DNA of 56,618 bases from a bacterium (GTDB lineage: Bacteria; Patescibacteriota; Minisyncoccia; JBBINA01). Location: positions 1-56,618 of the forward strand of contig JBBINA010000006.1 of NCBI GenBank assembly GCA_037444125.1. The letters are read 5' to 3'. Positions 40,211 to 49,610 of the stretch are shown one piece after another; the stretch's first letter is position 1, and each line of letters starts with the position of its first letter. The notes below the pieces were generated by a model. It was not told the DNA's origin and did not search any database. It saw only the letters and a list, made by a program, of their open reading frames with translations. A program made the position numbers and the translations under genes.

Positions 40211-40783
40211 ATGGTATCAAATAACTCAACCTGGCTTATCTTTGGTTTAGGCAACCCCAGTGCAATTTACAACAACACTCGGCACAACATTGGTTACAAA
40301 TTTATTGACAATTTTTATTTCTCAATTAAGCGAAATGAATTTAATGAAAAGGCAATCTTAAAAACAAATCTTTTTTCCTCAATTGCCAAAATAACATATC
40401 AAGACAATATTTTATATCTTGCCAAAAACACTACTTTTATGAATGAATCAGGCATCAGCGTTGACAAAACTTTACACTACCTTAAAATAACTTTAAACAA
40501 GCTTATTGTAATTCATGACGATATTGACCTCAAATTTGGCAAAATTAAAATATCTTTTGACTCCGGGTCTGCCGGACACAGAGGCGTGGCTTCAATAATT
40601 GAAAAACTCGCTTCCAAAAAATTTTACCGCGCTAGAATAGGCATCTGGAATCTTAAGATCAAAAAAACAAAGCAAATCACTCAAGATTATGTTATGCAAC
40701 CGTTTAAGAAAACAGAAGAAAAAATTATTTTGTCTGATATTTTTCCTCATTTAATCAAAAACTTAAACAACTTGATAAAGTAA
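40211..40783 (+). CDS. pth: peptidyl-tRNA hydrolase
   Basis: GLGNP, TRHNIG, FMNESG, HDDID and GHRG motifs. Confidence 0.95.
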   Translation: MVSNNSTWLIFGLGNPSAIYNNTRHNIGYKFIDNFYFSIKRNEFNEKAILKTNLFSSIAKITYQDNILYLAKNTTFMNESGISVDKTLHYLKITLNKLIVIHDDIDLKFGKIKISFDSGSAGHRGVASIIEKLASKKFYRARIGIWNLKIKKTKQITQDYVMQPFKKTEEKIILSDIFPHLIKNLNNLIK

Positions 40784-40801
40784 CAGACTTAAAGATTAGC
40801 T

Positions 40802-42796
40802 TTGAAAACATTTACAGAAATAATTATCTTAAAACCCCATCCTCAAATTTTAAAAGAGGCTGGATTTTCTATTTCGAAAAAAATTAAATTTGACATCAAT
40901 GCTAGAGAAAAATTACAATTTTGGACTCAAAATAACTGTGTGATGATTAAACAAACACAAAACAACAATACTTTTTGGCAAGAACATACCTTTATCTTAG
41001 AACTTAATCAAAACATCGGTTTCAATGCTTTGCTGAAAAAACTAAACGAACTTGGATATAGAAAAACCTTTTTTGTTAAAACACCATTAGAATATGCGAT
41101 AAGAGGGTCAATAATTGATATCTTCGCCATCAATTATGTTAATCCTATAAGAATAGACTTTTTTGGCAATAAAGTCAACCAAATCAACTTCATAGAAAAA
41201 TCTATCACCGCTAATTTTGACAATTTTGAAGAATATATATCATTTGACCAAAACTTTCTTAAAAGTTTAAAACCGGGCGACTATATTGTACATCTTGATC
41301 ATGGAATTGGCGTATTTCAAGGTTTTGAAACCATAAAAGCAAATAAATATTACGTGATTGGCTACGCCCATAATGATAGACTACTTGTACCATTAGACAA
41401 AATTGACAAACTCACTCCTTATATTGGCTTCACCAAGCCCAAGATATCCCGTTTAGGCGGCTCACTATGGCTAAAATCAAGAAAAAAAGCTAAAGAGAAT
41501 ATCTTAAAGTTTGCCGCCGAGCTTCTAAAACTATACGCTAATAGATCTATAAGCCGCAGGTCTCTTTATCTACCAGATGACAGTCTCTTTAACGATTTTG
41601 AGGCTCAATTTGAATATCCCCTCACTCCAAGCCAACAGAAAACCTTAAACCAAATTAAATATGAACTCGAAAATAATAGTCAACCTATTGAACATATTAT
41701 TTGCGGCGATGTAGGATTTGGTAAAACCGAAATTGCTTTTAGAATTGCCTTTAAAGCCATAGTCAACAATTTCCAAGTTTGTTTAATTGCTCCCACTACA
41801 ATTCTAGCTGACCAACACTTTAATCTAGCTAAAGAAAGATTTAAAAAAATGCCGGTAAATATTGGACTTCTTTCTCGCGCCATATCCAAAAAAAATCAAA
41901 CTCAAACCCTTCAGTTATTAAAAGAAGGAAAAATAGACTTTATTATTGGAACACATCGTCTGCTTTCTAACGATGTTTTCTTTAAAAATCTAGGTCTTTT
42001 AATCATCGATGAAGAGCAAAAATTTGGAGTCAGGCAAAAAGAAAAACTAAAAAAAATGAAAAGCTCTTTAGATGTCCTAGCGCTCTCAGCCACTCCTATA
42101 CCTCGTACTTTGAACTTATGTTTAGCTGGCATAAAAAATATCAGTATTATAAACGACCCGCCACAAGGTCGCCAGCCTATTCAAACTATAATTCAACCTT
42201 TTTCTTGGAAAATAGTCAAAACAGCCATCAACAATGAACTTCGCCGCCAAGGACAAATCTTTTTCTTACATAACCGCATTATCAGTATTATTAAACCCTA
42301 CGCAAAACTCAAACAACTATTTCCAAAAGCTAGAATTGATATTATACATTCAAAACTTCCAGAAAAAGTGTTGCTTAATAAAATCCACCGCTTTAGAAAC
42401 GGAAAAATTGATATTATGCTTGCCACCACTATCATTCAAAATGGTCTTGATCTAAAAAACGCCAATACCTTAATTGTAGAAAATTCTCTGAAGCTTGGCC
42501 TCGCCGATCTTCACCAGTTAAGAGGTCGGATTGGACGTTCTGACAAGAAAGCCTTTGCTTACTTTCTTTACCCAACTAAACAACTAAAAGACAACGCAGT
42601 TTTACGTTTGAATTATCTTAAAGAATACTCCCAACTTGGCGACGGCTATAAATTGGCTCTTAAAGATTTGGAAATAAGAGGCGCCGGTAATATTTTAGGC
42701 AAAGAACAGTCTGGCGTCATTAACCGTATTGGCTTTAATTTATATTACGAAATGCTTAGTCGAGCTATAGAACATTTGAAGAGCACAAATCTTTAA
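40802..42796 (+). CDS. mfd: short transcription-repair coupling factor (Mfd-like)
   Basis: RGSIIDIF, CarD/RID PGDYIVHLDHGIG, GDVGFGKTE, DEEQKFG, SATPIPRT, QLRGRIGR and DLEIRGAGN motifs; 664 aa. Confidence 0.9.
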   Translation: MKTFTEIIILKPHPQILKEAGFSISKKIKFDINAREKLQFWTQNNCVMIKQTQNNNTFWQEHTFILELNQNIGFNALLKKLNELGYRKTFFVKTPLEYAIRGSIIDIFAINYVNPIRIDFFGNKVNQINFIEKSITANFDNFEEYISFDQNFLKSLKPGDYIVHLDHGIGVFQGFETIKANKYYVIGYAHNDRLLVPLDKIDKLTPYIGFTKPKISRLGGSLWLKSRKKAKENILKFAAELLKLYANRSISRRSLYLPDDSLFNDFEAQFEYPLTPSQQKTLNQIKYELENNSQPIEHIICGDVGFGKTEIAFRIAFKAIVNNFQVCLIAPTTILADQHFNLAKERFKKMPVNIGLLSRAISKKNQTQTLQLLKEGKIDFIIGTHRLLSNDVFFKNLGLLIIDEEQKFGVRQKEKLKKMKSSLDVLALSATPIPRTLNLCLAGIKNISIINDPPQGRQPIQTIIQPFSWKIVKTAINNELRRQGQIFFLHNRIISIIKPYAKLKQLFPKARIDIIHSKLPEKVLLNKIHRFRNGKIDIMLATTIIQNGLDLKNANTLIVENSLKLGLADLHQLRGRIGRSDKKAFAYFLYPTKQLKDNAVLRLNYLKEYSQLGDGYKLALKDLEIRGAGNILGKEQSGVINRIGFNLYYEMLSRAIEHLKSTNL

Positions 42797-42815
42797 AAAT
42801 TTAAAATTAAATCCC

Positions 42816-42844
42816 TTGACTACATAATTAATTTTTTTTAAACT
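42816..42844 (+). promoter_or_regulatory. sigma70-type promoter TTGACT-17-TAAACT
   Basis: Consensus match about 140 nt upstream of the phnD-like gene. Confidence 0.55.
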
Positions 42845-42882
42845 GGAACCAAGGTAAAGAAGTTCTCAAGTTTCCTACCAAC

Positions 42883-42911
42883 AAAACCATACTTAAGGAG
42901 GTGGTTTTTTT
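42883..42911 (+). terminator. terminator-like hairpin in the phn leader
   Basis: AAAACCAT...GTGGTTTT followed by a T tract. Confidence 0.45.
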
Positions 42912-42982
42912 AGTAAAAACAAAGGTTCTCAACAATTCAGATAATCTCCCGAAATCGGGATAAACTTAAAGGAGGAACAGCA

Positions 42983-43990
42983 ATGAAAAGATATCAACGG
43001 CTCAGTCTCTCAATCGTCTGTATACTCATAGCTGGCTTATTTTTGACAGTCAGAGCGCAACAGCAGGCAGGCACCCTTATCCCGGAGAAATTGGTTATCG
43101 GGATGGTTCCATCTCGGCCGGCAGATATCCTAAAACCAAATGTCGAAGGTTTAGGACGGCTCATTCTTGACTATGTTCAAAAAAATGGCTTTCCACAAAT
43201 AAAATCTGTGGAAGCAATTATTCCTGCCTCATACACAGCAACAGTTGAAGCGTTAGGCTCGGGCCAAATTCATATTGGACTAATGGGACCAACTTCAGGA
43301 GATCAAGCAAGGCAAAGATATGGAGCAATTGCTATCGTTGCTACCAAACGAAGCGAATCTTTACGCTACCGCGGCCAATTTATGGCACATCTATTTGGAG
43401 ATTTTTCCAACCTTTTTGATGTAGTTGAAGCTGTAAAATCCGGAAAAACAGTCAAATTTGCTTATGGCGGCAGCTCAACATCTACAAGCGGATTTCTATT
43501 CCCGTGTAAAACCCTTAAAGATCTTGGTATACTTCCAGGCGAAAATAGGAACTTTAAAACTTTCCGTCCTGCTGGCGGACATCTTGGAGCAGCTAAAGCA
43601 GTTTACAGAGGCGATGTTGAGATCGGAGTCGGTTTTGAAGATGTAAGGCTAAGTCTCAACACAGAAGAAGTTAAAAAAGAGCTTGGCTGGAAGCCGGGCG
43701 ACCCCGAACCAAGCACGCGAGTTATTGTTATTGGCTACACTGACTGGGTACCCAACGATTTTACTGTTGCCATAAAGGAATTGAAACCAGAGCTGAGGCA
43801 GGTAATTAAAGAAGCTTTCGTGGCAATCATGAAGACTGACGAAGGTAAAAAATTCGCCAAAGGCGCAATCGACGCAACTGATTTTGTAAAAGTTCCAGAA
43901 GATTTTGACCTTGATAAATTACTAGACACTAAAGTCAGACCGGTGGTTAATGAAATTGAACCAAATATCGCAAAATGCGAAAATCAATAA
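42983..43990 (+). CDS. phnD: phosphate/phosphite/phosphonate ABC transporter substrate-binding protein (PhnD/PtxB family)
   Basis: Signal peptide; Y.A.VEAL, STSGFLFP, GGH..A..AV..G.V and PND motifs; AGGAGG SD. Confidence 0.88.
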   Translation: MKRYQRLSLSIVCILIAGLFLTVRAQQQAGTLIPEKLVIGMVPSRPADILKPNVEGLGRLILDYVQKNGFPQIKSVEAIIPASYTATVEALGSGQIHIGLMGPTSGDQARQRYGAIAIVATKRSESLRYRGQFMAHLFGDFSNLFDVVEAVKSGKTVKFAYGGSSTSTSGFLFPCKTLKDLGILPGENRNFKTFRPAGGHLGAAKAVYRGDVEIGVGFEDVRLSLNTEEVKKELGWKPGDPEPSTRVIVIGYTDWVPNDFTVAIKELKPELRQVIKEAFVAIMKTDEGKKFAKGAIDATDFVKVPEDFDLDKLLDTKVRPVVNEIEPNIAKCENQ

Positions 43991-44000
43991 CAAAGTAGCC

Positions 44001-44038
44001 AAAAGGGGAGTACGAATATTTCGTATCTCCCCTTTTTT
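44001..44038 (+). terminator. intercistronic stem-loop + T tract between phnD and phnC
   Basis: AAAAGGGGAG-TACGAA-TAT-TTCGTA-T-CTCCCCTTTTTT. Confidence 0.7.
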
Positions 44039-44051
44039 AAAAGGAGGTAGT

Positions 44052-44816
44052 ATGCTTAAAATAAGAGGACTTAATGTTGTCTATCCAGGCAATATTAAAG
44101 CGCTTGAAAATATTAACCTAGATGTTGACGAGGGAGAATTTATAGTCATAGCTGGCGTTTCAGGTTCAGGCAAATCAACTTTACTTCGCTGCATCAATCG
44201 CTTGGCTGAAAACGACAGAGCCCAAATTTCAGGCGAGATATTATTCAACGGCATAGATGTCCTTAAAGTCTCAAAGAAACAACTAAGAGAAATCAGAACC
44301 CAAATAGGATTTGTCTTTCAAGAATACAACCTTGTCGATCGTATGCCTATCATCACTAATGTTCTTGTAGGAAAAATAGCACATCTAAACACTATAGCGG
44401 CAATTTTCAGACGCTTTGGACGAGATAATATAAACCTTGCTCATCAAGCCCTCATAAAAGTTGGCTTAGGCCCACAACGCCATAACGATCGCGCTAGCAA
44501 CCTTTCAGGAGGCCAAAAACAACGTGTCGGTATCGCTAGAGTGCTCCTGCAAAAGCCAAAACTTATCCTAGCCGACGAACCAGTCGCATCTCTTGACCCA
44601 ATCACTGCCAACCATGTAATGAATCTCTTCAAAAGCATTAACGAAGAACAGAAAATAACAACTATTATTAACCTTCACGACCCTGTCCTTACTTTTAAAT
44701 ATGGTAAACGTATAATTGGCCTTAGACAAGGAAAGATAATTTATGACAAACCGGTTGAAATGATTAATCGCGAAACCTTTGAGGAGGAGATATATGGCAA
44801 GATCAACAATATTTAA
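44052..44816 (+). CDS. phnC: phosphonate-type ABC transporter ATP-binding protein
   Basis: GVSGSGKSTLLRCINRL, LSGGQKQRV.IAR and ILADEPVASLDP motifs; ATG 44052 follows AGGAGG. Confidence 0.92.
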   Translation: MLKIRGLNVVYPGNIKALENINLDVDEGEFIVIAGVSGSGKSTLLRCINRLAENDRAQISGEILFNGIDVLKVSKKQLREIRTQIGFVFQEYNLVDRMPIITNVLVGKIAHLNTIAAIFRRFGRDNINLAHQALIKVGLGPQRHNDRASNLSGGQKQRVGIARVLLQKPKLILADEPVASLDPITANHVMNLFKSINEEQKITTIINLHDPVLTFKYGKRIIGLRQGKIIYDKPVEMINRETFEEEIYGKINNI

Positions 44817-46335
44817 GTGGTTGGGTATTTCTATCATAAGCGCGTTATTCATCTATGCCTCTTACCGGGTAAGAATATGGGATATACCCTACATAGTTAA
44901 AGAAAGTCACCGCTTCTTTAGACTATTAAATGAAATGTGGCCGCCTGACTTTACTAAATTCGGCCTCTTTATAAAACCGCTTTTCGAAACCTTTCAAATG
45001 GCTATTCTCGGAACATTCCTGGGCGCTATAATGTCAATACCCCTAGTCTGTTTTGGGTCCCCTCTTGTTGTGAAATCGCCTCTGATTTATACCCCCACAA
45101 GAGTATTAATGAATCTTATCCGAACGATTCCAGACCTACTCTATGCTATACTTTTTGTCGCAGCTATGGGTTTAGGTCCTATTGCCGGTATCCCAGCTTT
45201 GGCTTTTTTTTCCTGTGCCATTATATCAAAACTTACATCAGAATCTGCCGATAATATTAATAGAAAACAAATTGAAGCCGTAGAATCAAGCGGTGCCAAT
45301 ACTATCAAAATAATATCTTATGGCGTAATTCCGCAAATCTGGTCAGCATTCTTAGATCATACTATCTATGTCTTCGAACTTAATATCAGAGTTTCTACGG
45401 TTATAGCTTATGTAGGCGCTGGCGGAATAGGATCAGTACTTGTCACTGCTCTTGAGTGGTTCCATTACTCTCAAGCATTAGCAGTAATAATCACTATTTT
45501 TAGCCTAGTAGTTATCATTGACTTTGTAGGTAACAAAATTAGAGATGCCGTCCTTCAAGGATATCGATTTCCAAGGAGCTTCAAATATTTGACGATAATT
45601 TTTATTCTAACGCTTGTTATTTGGTCAGGAAGCGCTCTAGAATTCGATTTTCAACGATTTATTAAGGGTATCGGCTATTTTAAGAATCTAGTCTGGGTAA
45701 TGATTTCAGAACCAGAACTACAAATACTTTCGCTGGCATTCGGACAAATGCTTGAATCAATCCAAATTGCGCTTGTAGGTACGGCTATCAGTTTTGTCAT
45801 CTCATTTCCTCTAGGATTACTCGCTTCCCGCAAATTTACCGGAATTCCAGAAAAATTAGCCATCCTTTTTAAGCAAATACCTAATATTATCCGCGCTTTC
45901 CCCGAATTGATTCTAGCTATATTTTTTATCGCTAGCTTCGGTCCAGGAGCCTTGGCTGGAGTATTAGCCGTTGGGTTCCACTCAATAGGTATGTTGGGCA
46001 AACTTAATGCCGAAAGTGTCGAAAAAATTAGAAAGGAACAAATAGAAGCTCTCCAATCAACTGGTGCAAGTGGCCTTAAAATATTCCTCTATGGCATATT
46101 ACCTCAAGCTCTCCCAGAATTTATAGCCAATGCTATTTACAGATTCGAAATCAATGTTCGCGCAGCATCTGTACTAGGCATAGTCGGCGCAGGAGGCATC
46201 GGTATGCTTATTAATGAAGCTATCGGATTATCTAAATGGCGAACGGTCGGCACCTGCTTGTATTTAATTGTTATCACTGTTATGGTAATTGATTATTTAA
46301 GTATGCGCATCCGTAAAAAACTTATTGAAGGGTAA
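44794..46335 (+). CDS. phnE: phosphonate-type ABC permease, two PhnE domains fused
   Basis: Two copies of ET/ES.Q.A..GT, R..P.L, KL..ES and FE.N.R....G.VGAGGIG. Confidence 0.9.
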   Translation: MARSTIFKWLGISIISALFIYASYRVRIWDIPYIVKESHRFFRLLNEMWPPDFTKFGLFIKPLFETFQMAILGTFLGAIMSIPLVCFGSPLVVKSPLIYTPTRVLMNLIRTIPDLLYAILFVAAMGLGPIAGIPALAFFSCAIISKLTSESADNINRKQIEAVESSGANTIKIISYGVIPQIWSAFLDHTIYVFELNIRVSTVIAYVGAGGIGSVLVTALEWFHYSQALAVIITIFSLVVIIDFVGNKIRDAVLQGYRFPRSFKYLTIIFILTLVIWSGSALEFDFQRFIKGIGYFKNLVWVMISEPELQILSLAFGQMLESIQIALVGTAISFVISFPLGLLASRKFTGIPEKLAILFKQIPNIIRAFPELILAIFFIASFGPGALAGVLAVGFHSIGMLGKLNAESVEKIRKEQIEALQSTGASGLKIFLYGILPQALPEFIANAIYRFEINVRAASVLGIVGAGGIGMLINEAIGLSKWRTVGTCLYLIVITVMVIDYLSMRIRKKLIEG

Positions 46336-46339
46336 ATTA

Positions 46340-46370
46340 GCCCCGTCTCTATATATGACGGGGCCCTTTT
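46340..46370 (+). terminator. intrinsic terminator after phnE
   Basis: GCCCCGTC-loop-GACGGGGC then CCTTTT. Confidence 0.7.
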
Positions 46371-46393
46371 ATTTTAAATATCAATTAATAAAA

Positions 46394-46417
46394 TAAGCCC
46401 TAATAATTTAGGGCTTA
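46394..46417 (-). terminator. hairpin at the end of the convergent kinase gene
   Basis: TAAGCCCTAA-TAAT-TTAGGGCTTA; T-rich downstream on the minus strand. Confidence 0.6.
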
Positions 46418-46999
46418 TAAATTTTCATTGTATCTTCTAACGAAAAGGATTTTCGGCTCTTTTTTGTCAAAACTATTATCCAATATCATTAAATTCACAT
46501 TAAGCTCTTTATCGAGAACCCCATAGTCATCGCTATTTAGCAACTTCTTTTTCTTGTCAAGATAAATTAAAAAATCTGCATCTGAACAATTTCTTTGCCA
46601 GCTTAATGCATTAACAAGTCTTTTTTTCACCACCTCTTCTCTACACTTTACATAAATTATCCATACTTCTTTAGAAAATCTTCTTGCTAAATCAATAAAT
46701 TTTTGTCTTATTTTCGTTTCAAGAAAAGTACCATCTATGACTAGATTATTTTTAGAGCGAAGAGTATCTTGGGCTAACATATGCATATGTTCGTAAAGCT
46801 TCTGGTAATATCTTTCATCGTATTTCCTATTCTCGCCAAACAATATATATCCTTCATTATCTGTACTTAACCACAAAGCAAATATTTTAAGCACAATTTT
46901 CCGCGCAATAGTTGATTTGCCAACCCCAGGTAAACCGCAAACAATAATCGTCACGGGCTTTTTTGTTTTTACAAAAAAATCAAACCATTGGGAACTCAT
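46415..46999 (-). CDS. P-loop kinase (AAA_33-like)
   Basis: GLPGVGKST, LSTD, VIDGTF and R...R....SDAD motifs; ATGA-coupled to the HAD gene. Confidence 0.85.
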   Translation of the reverse strand: MSSQWFDFFVKTKKPVTIIVCGLPGVGKSTIARKIVLKIFALWLSTDNEGYILFGENRKYDERYYQKLYEHMHMLAQDTLRSKNNLVIDGTFLETKIRQKFIDLARRFSKEVWIIYVKCREEVVKKRLVNALSWQRNCSDADFLIYLDKKKKLLNSDDYGVLDKELNVNLMILDNSFDKKEPKILFVRRYNENL

Positions 47000-47691
47000 A
47001 ATCCTTTCATCCTTATTTTCTCCAAATCAATATCGCAAAAAGACTCTATAATCCAATCGGCTTTCGCAAGATTTTCTAGTGCAGCAAAGTTATTAGGAAT
47101 CATTATACACCTCATACCAGCTTTTTTGGCTGCCTCAAGCCCATTAATTGCATCTTCAAATACAAGACACCTTGAAGGTTCAACTCCTAAAAGTTCAGCC
47201 GTTTTTAGATATATATTCGGCGCAGGTTTGCCTTTTCCAGCCATTTCGGCAACCACTACGGCTTTAAAAAAATTGCCCAATCTAAACCGCTCAAATACAA
47301 TATCAACCAGTTCCATTGGCGAAGAAGTCGCTAGCCCTAATAAATAACCTTTTTTAAATAAACATTCTATAAGCTCATAAACTCCACTCATAAGAGGAAC
47401 TTCCTGAAATAAATCTTTCACAATTTCTATTCTTTCTTGACGCAAATGCATTATGTCATCTTTTAAATCAAAAAATTTTTTGTAAATTTCGGCGGCTTCC
47501 TGCTGGCTCCTGCCAATCAAAAATGGAACTTGAGTTTGCCTAAAATTAGTCTCTCTAATATTAATACCCCGACGGCGGATTAATTCCTCCTCGCTTGCCC
47601 GCCAAGCAGGTTCGCTTCTAACAATAACCCCATCCATATCAAAAATAACAGCCTCGCTACTCTTGAATAAGTCATATAGAGAGCTCTTCAA
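46996..47691 (-). CDS. HAD superfamily IA phosphatase (beta-PGM/CbbY-like)
   Basis: FDMDGV, ATSS, KPAP.IY and FEDA.NG..AA..AGM motifs; TTG start after AAGGAGG. Confidence 0.9.
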   Translation of the reverse strand: MKSSLYDLFKSSEAVIFDMDGVIVRSEPAWRASEEELIRRRGINIRETNFRQTQVPFLIGRSQQEAAEIYKKFFDLKDDIMHLRQERIEIVKDLFQEVPLMSGVYELIECLFKKGYLLGLATSSPMELVDIVFERFRLGNFFKAVVVAEMAGKGKPAPNIYLKTAELLGVEPSRCLVFEDAINGLEAAKKAGMRCIMIPNNFAALENLAKADWIIESFCDIDLEKIRMKGL

Positions 47692-47819
47692 GATTACCTA
47701 CCTCCTTGAACTTATTTGTGGCATAATAAGAAACCGATAGTATTTTAGCATTATTTTTTATCGAGTCAACAATCAAGACAATAATTATTTTTAGAGCAAT
47801 TTAAAACCCGCCGAATCTT

Positions 47820-48809
47820 TCAGCGGGTAATTTTTTTGTAAATTTTCTCAAGTTCAATCATAAACAAACTCTCAGGAAAAAATTCTTTTTCAACAAAGAA
47901 TCTATCGGTTATTGCTCTTACGCCAAACCATTGTTCAAGTCTATTAACCACCTTATCAACTGTTGCTGGAATAGTAGAGGCGCCGGCAGTAATGCCTATA
48001 ACCTGAAACGCCTCAAGGTCATCTTTACGTAACTCCGATTCATTTAAAACAGGCATTACCCTTATCCCATCATACTGAGCGATTTCAAAAAGTCTCTGAG
48101 TATTAGAAGATCTTCGGATATCACCAACCAAAACTACAACATCAACATTGTGTCCCCGAATCATTTTAATCAAAGCGTTCTGTCGATTTATAGTCGCATA
48201 ACATCTCCCTTGATAATCAGATATTCTCAAATTACTGAATCTCTTCTTAATTGCTTTACTTATCGGAGCCACATCTCTTTGGCTTAAAGTAGTCTGTAAA
48301 ATAATAATAATTTCTTGTGTTCCCGGAAAGAGTTTTATATTAGCAACCTCCTCCTCTATCTCAACGCAAAATACACGCGGATTTTTTAAAGGACCAAGGT
48401 AACCTTTAACTTCTTGGTGATTACGATGACCAATAATCACAATGCTGGCATCTTCTTTATCAAGAGAGTGATGAATTAATTTATGATTCCGCGCCACCAG
48501 AGGACAAGTCAAATCAGCAACAATAACACCTCTTTTCTCTGCTTTTTGCCGCTCTTCTTTGGAACAACCGTGGGCGCTTATAAGATATATTCCCCCTGCA
48601 GGAACTTCATTAATATTATTTACCAAACCAATACGTAGACTTTTCATTAAATCAACAATTTCTTCATTATGCCCAATTGGATAAGCAAAAATTTGCGCTT
48701 TGGGCGACTGATGACGAATATTAGTGACTAAGTATTCCATTCCTTTAAGCGCCCATAAAATACCAGCACATTGACCTTCAATACCAGCCCTTATAATTTT
48801 TCTAACCAT
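47820..48809 (-). CDS. ispH: 4-hydroxy-3-methylbut-2-enyl diphosphate reductase
   Basis: Three Fe-S Cys (GQCAG, DLTCPLV, RCYAT.NRQ), HN, SAHG, GH..H.EV.G, QTTLS, SSNT and GITAGAST. Confidence 0.92.
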   Translation of the reverse strand: MVRKIIRAGIEGQCAGILWALKGMEYLVTNIRHQSPKAQIFAYPIGHNEEIVDLMKSLRIGLVNNINEVPAGGIYLISAHGCSKEERQKAEKRGVIVADLTCPLVARNHKLIHHSLDKEDASIVIIGHRNHQEVKGYLGPLKNPRVFCVEIEEEVANIKLFPGTQEIIIILQTTLSQRDVAPISKAIKKRFSNLRISDYQGRCYATINRQNALIKMIRGHNVDVVVLVGDIRRSSNTQRLFEIAQYDGIRVMPVLNESELRKDDLEAFQVIGITAGASTIPATVDKVVNRLEQWFGVRAITDRFFVEKEFFPESLFMIELEKIYKKITR

Positions 48810-49043
48810 AAGCTAAACCTCCTTTTTTTAGGGTACTCTAAATAACATAATAACATAAAATTTATTTTCGTTGGCTAACTATGAAGCTTAGAAAATTTGA
48901 CTAGCTTGATTTTACGATCGGCAAATCCCAAGATTAAATAATAAATAAAATGGAAGAAAAACGAGAATCACATAATTTACCTTAAAACAAACGGCTATAA
49001 TTTTCAATTCTCGAAGTTTTAGTCAAAGAAAATTAATCTTATA

Positions 49044-49610
49044 CTATTTAACCTTTGATAGGGCAGTATATTTTTTATAAAGTTGTTGAAATTTATGATT
49101 CTGGGATAAAAATTGCGCCTCCTCAATACACCATTCTGAATACTTGCCTGGATTATCTTTAATATCTTGCAAAAAATCTTGCCAACCACGCCACTCAATT
49201 GCTTCAACCTCCTGCGGGTTTGGACTGGCTAATTCTTTTGTAAATCCAACCAACACCGGGCACATTTCATTTTCTACCACACCGTCTCTTTCAAATCTAT
49301 AACGATAGTTAGGTAAAATCACAAAAAGTTTAACTTTCTTGAAACCAAGCTCAAAAGTTAACCTTCGTTTAGCCGCAGAAATTGTTTTTTCTCCAGGCGC
49401 CGGATGACCACAACAACTATTAGACCAAGCTAGCGGCCAGGTTTTTTTAAAACGACTACGTTGTTGCAACAACAAATCGCCCTTTTGATTAAATAAAAAA
49501 ACAGAAAACCCTCGGTGAAGCGGAGTATTGGAATAATGAACCTCGCTTTTTAAAGCTCGGCCAATAGGTTTGTTTCTTTTATTAACCAAAACTACAAATT
49601 CTTCAGCCAT
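49044..49610 (-). CDS. idi: type 1 isopentenyl-diphosphate delta-isomerase
   Basis: LHRGFSVFLFN, LLLQQRS, WSNSCCGHP, ENEMCPV and EV....W motifs. Confidence 0.93.
   Translation of the reverse strand: MAEEFVVLVNKRNKPIGRALKSEVHYSNTPLHRGFSVFLFNQKGDLLLQQRSRFKKTWPLAWSNSCCGHPAPGEKTISAAKRRLTFELGFKKVKLFVILPNYRYRFERDGVVENEMCPVLVGFTKELASPNPQEVEAIEWRGWQDFLQDIKDNPGKYSEWCIEEAQFLSQNHKFQQLYKKYTALSKVK

Noticed and set aside
42865-42885. Purine riboswitch, from GTTTCCTACC resembling GTTTCTACC
   Set aside because: The P1-P3 architecture and other conserved loops could not be built.
43950-44051. Longer N-terminus for PhnC
   Set aside because: It overlaps phnD and the hairpin; ATG 44052 has a strong SD.
46996-47691. 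Phosphonatase PhnX
   Set aside because: Motif I is DMDGV rather than DWAGT; it looks like a generic HAD-IA phosphatase.
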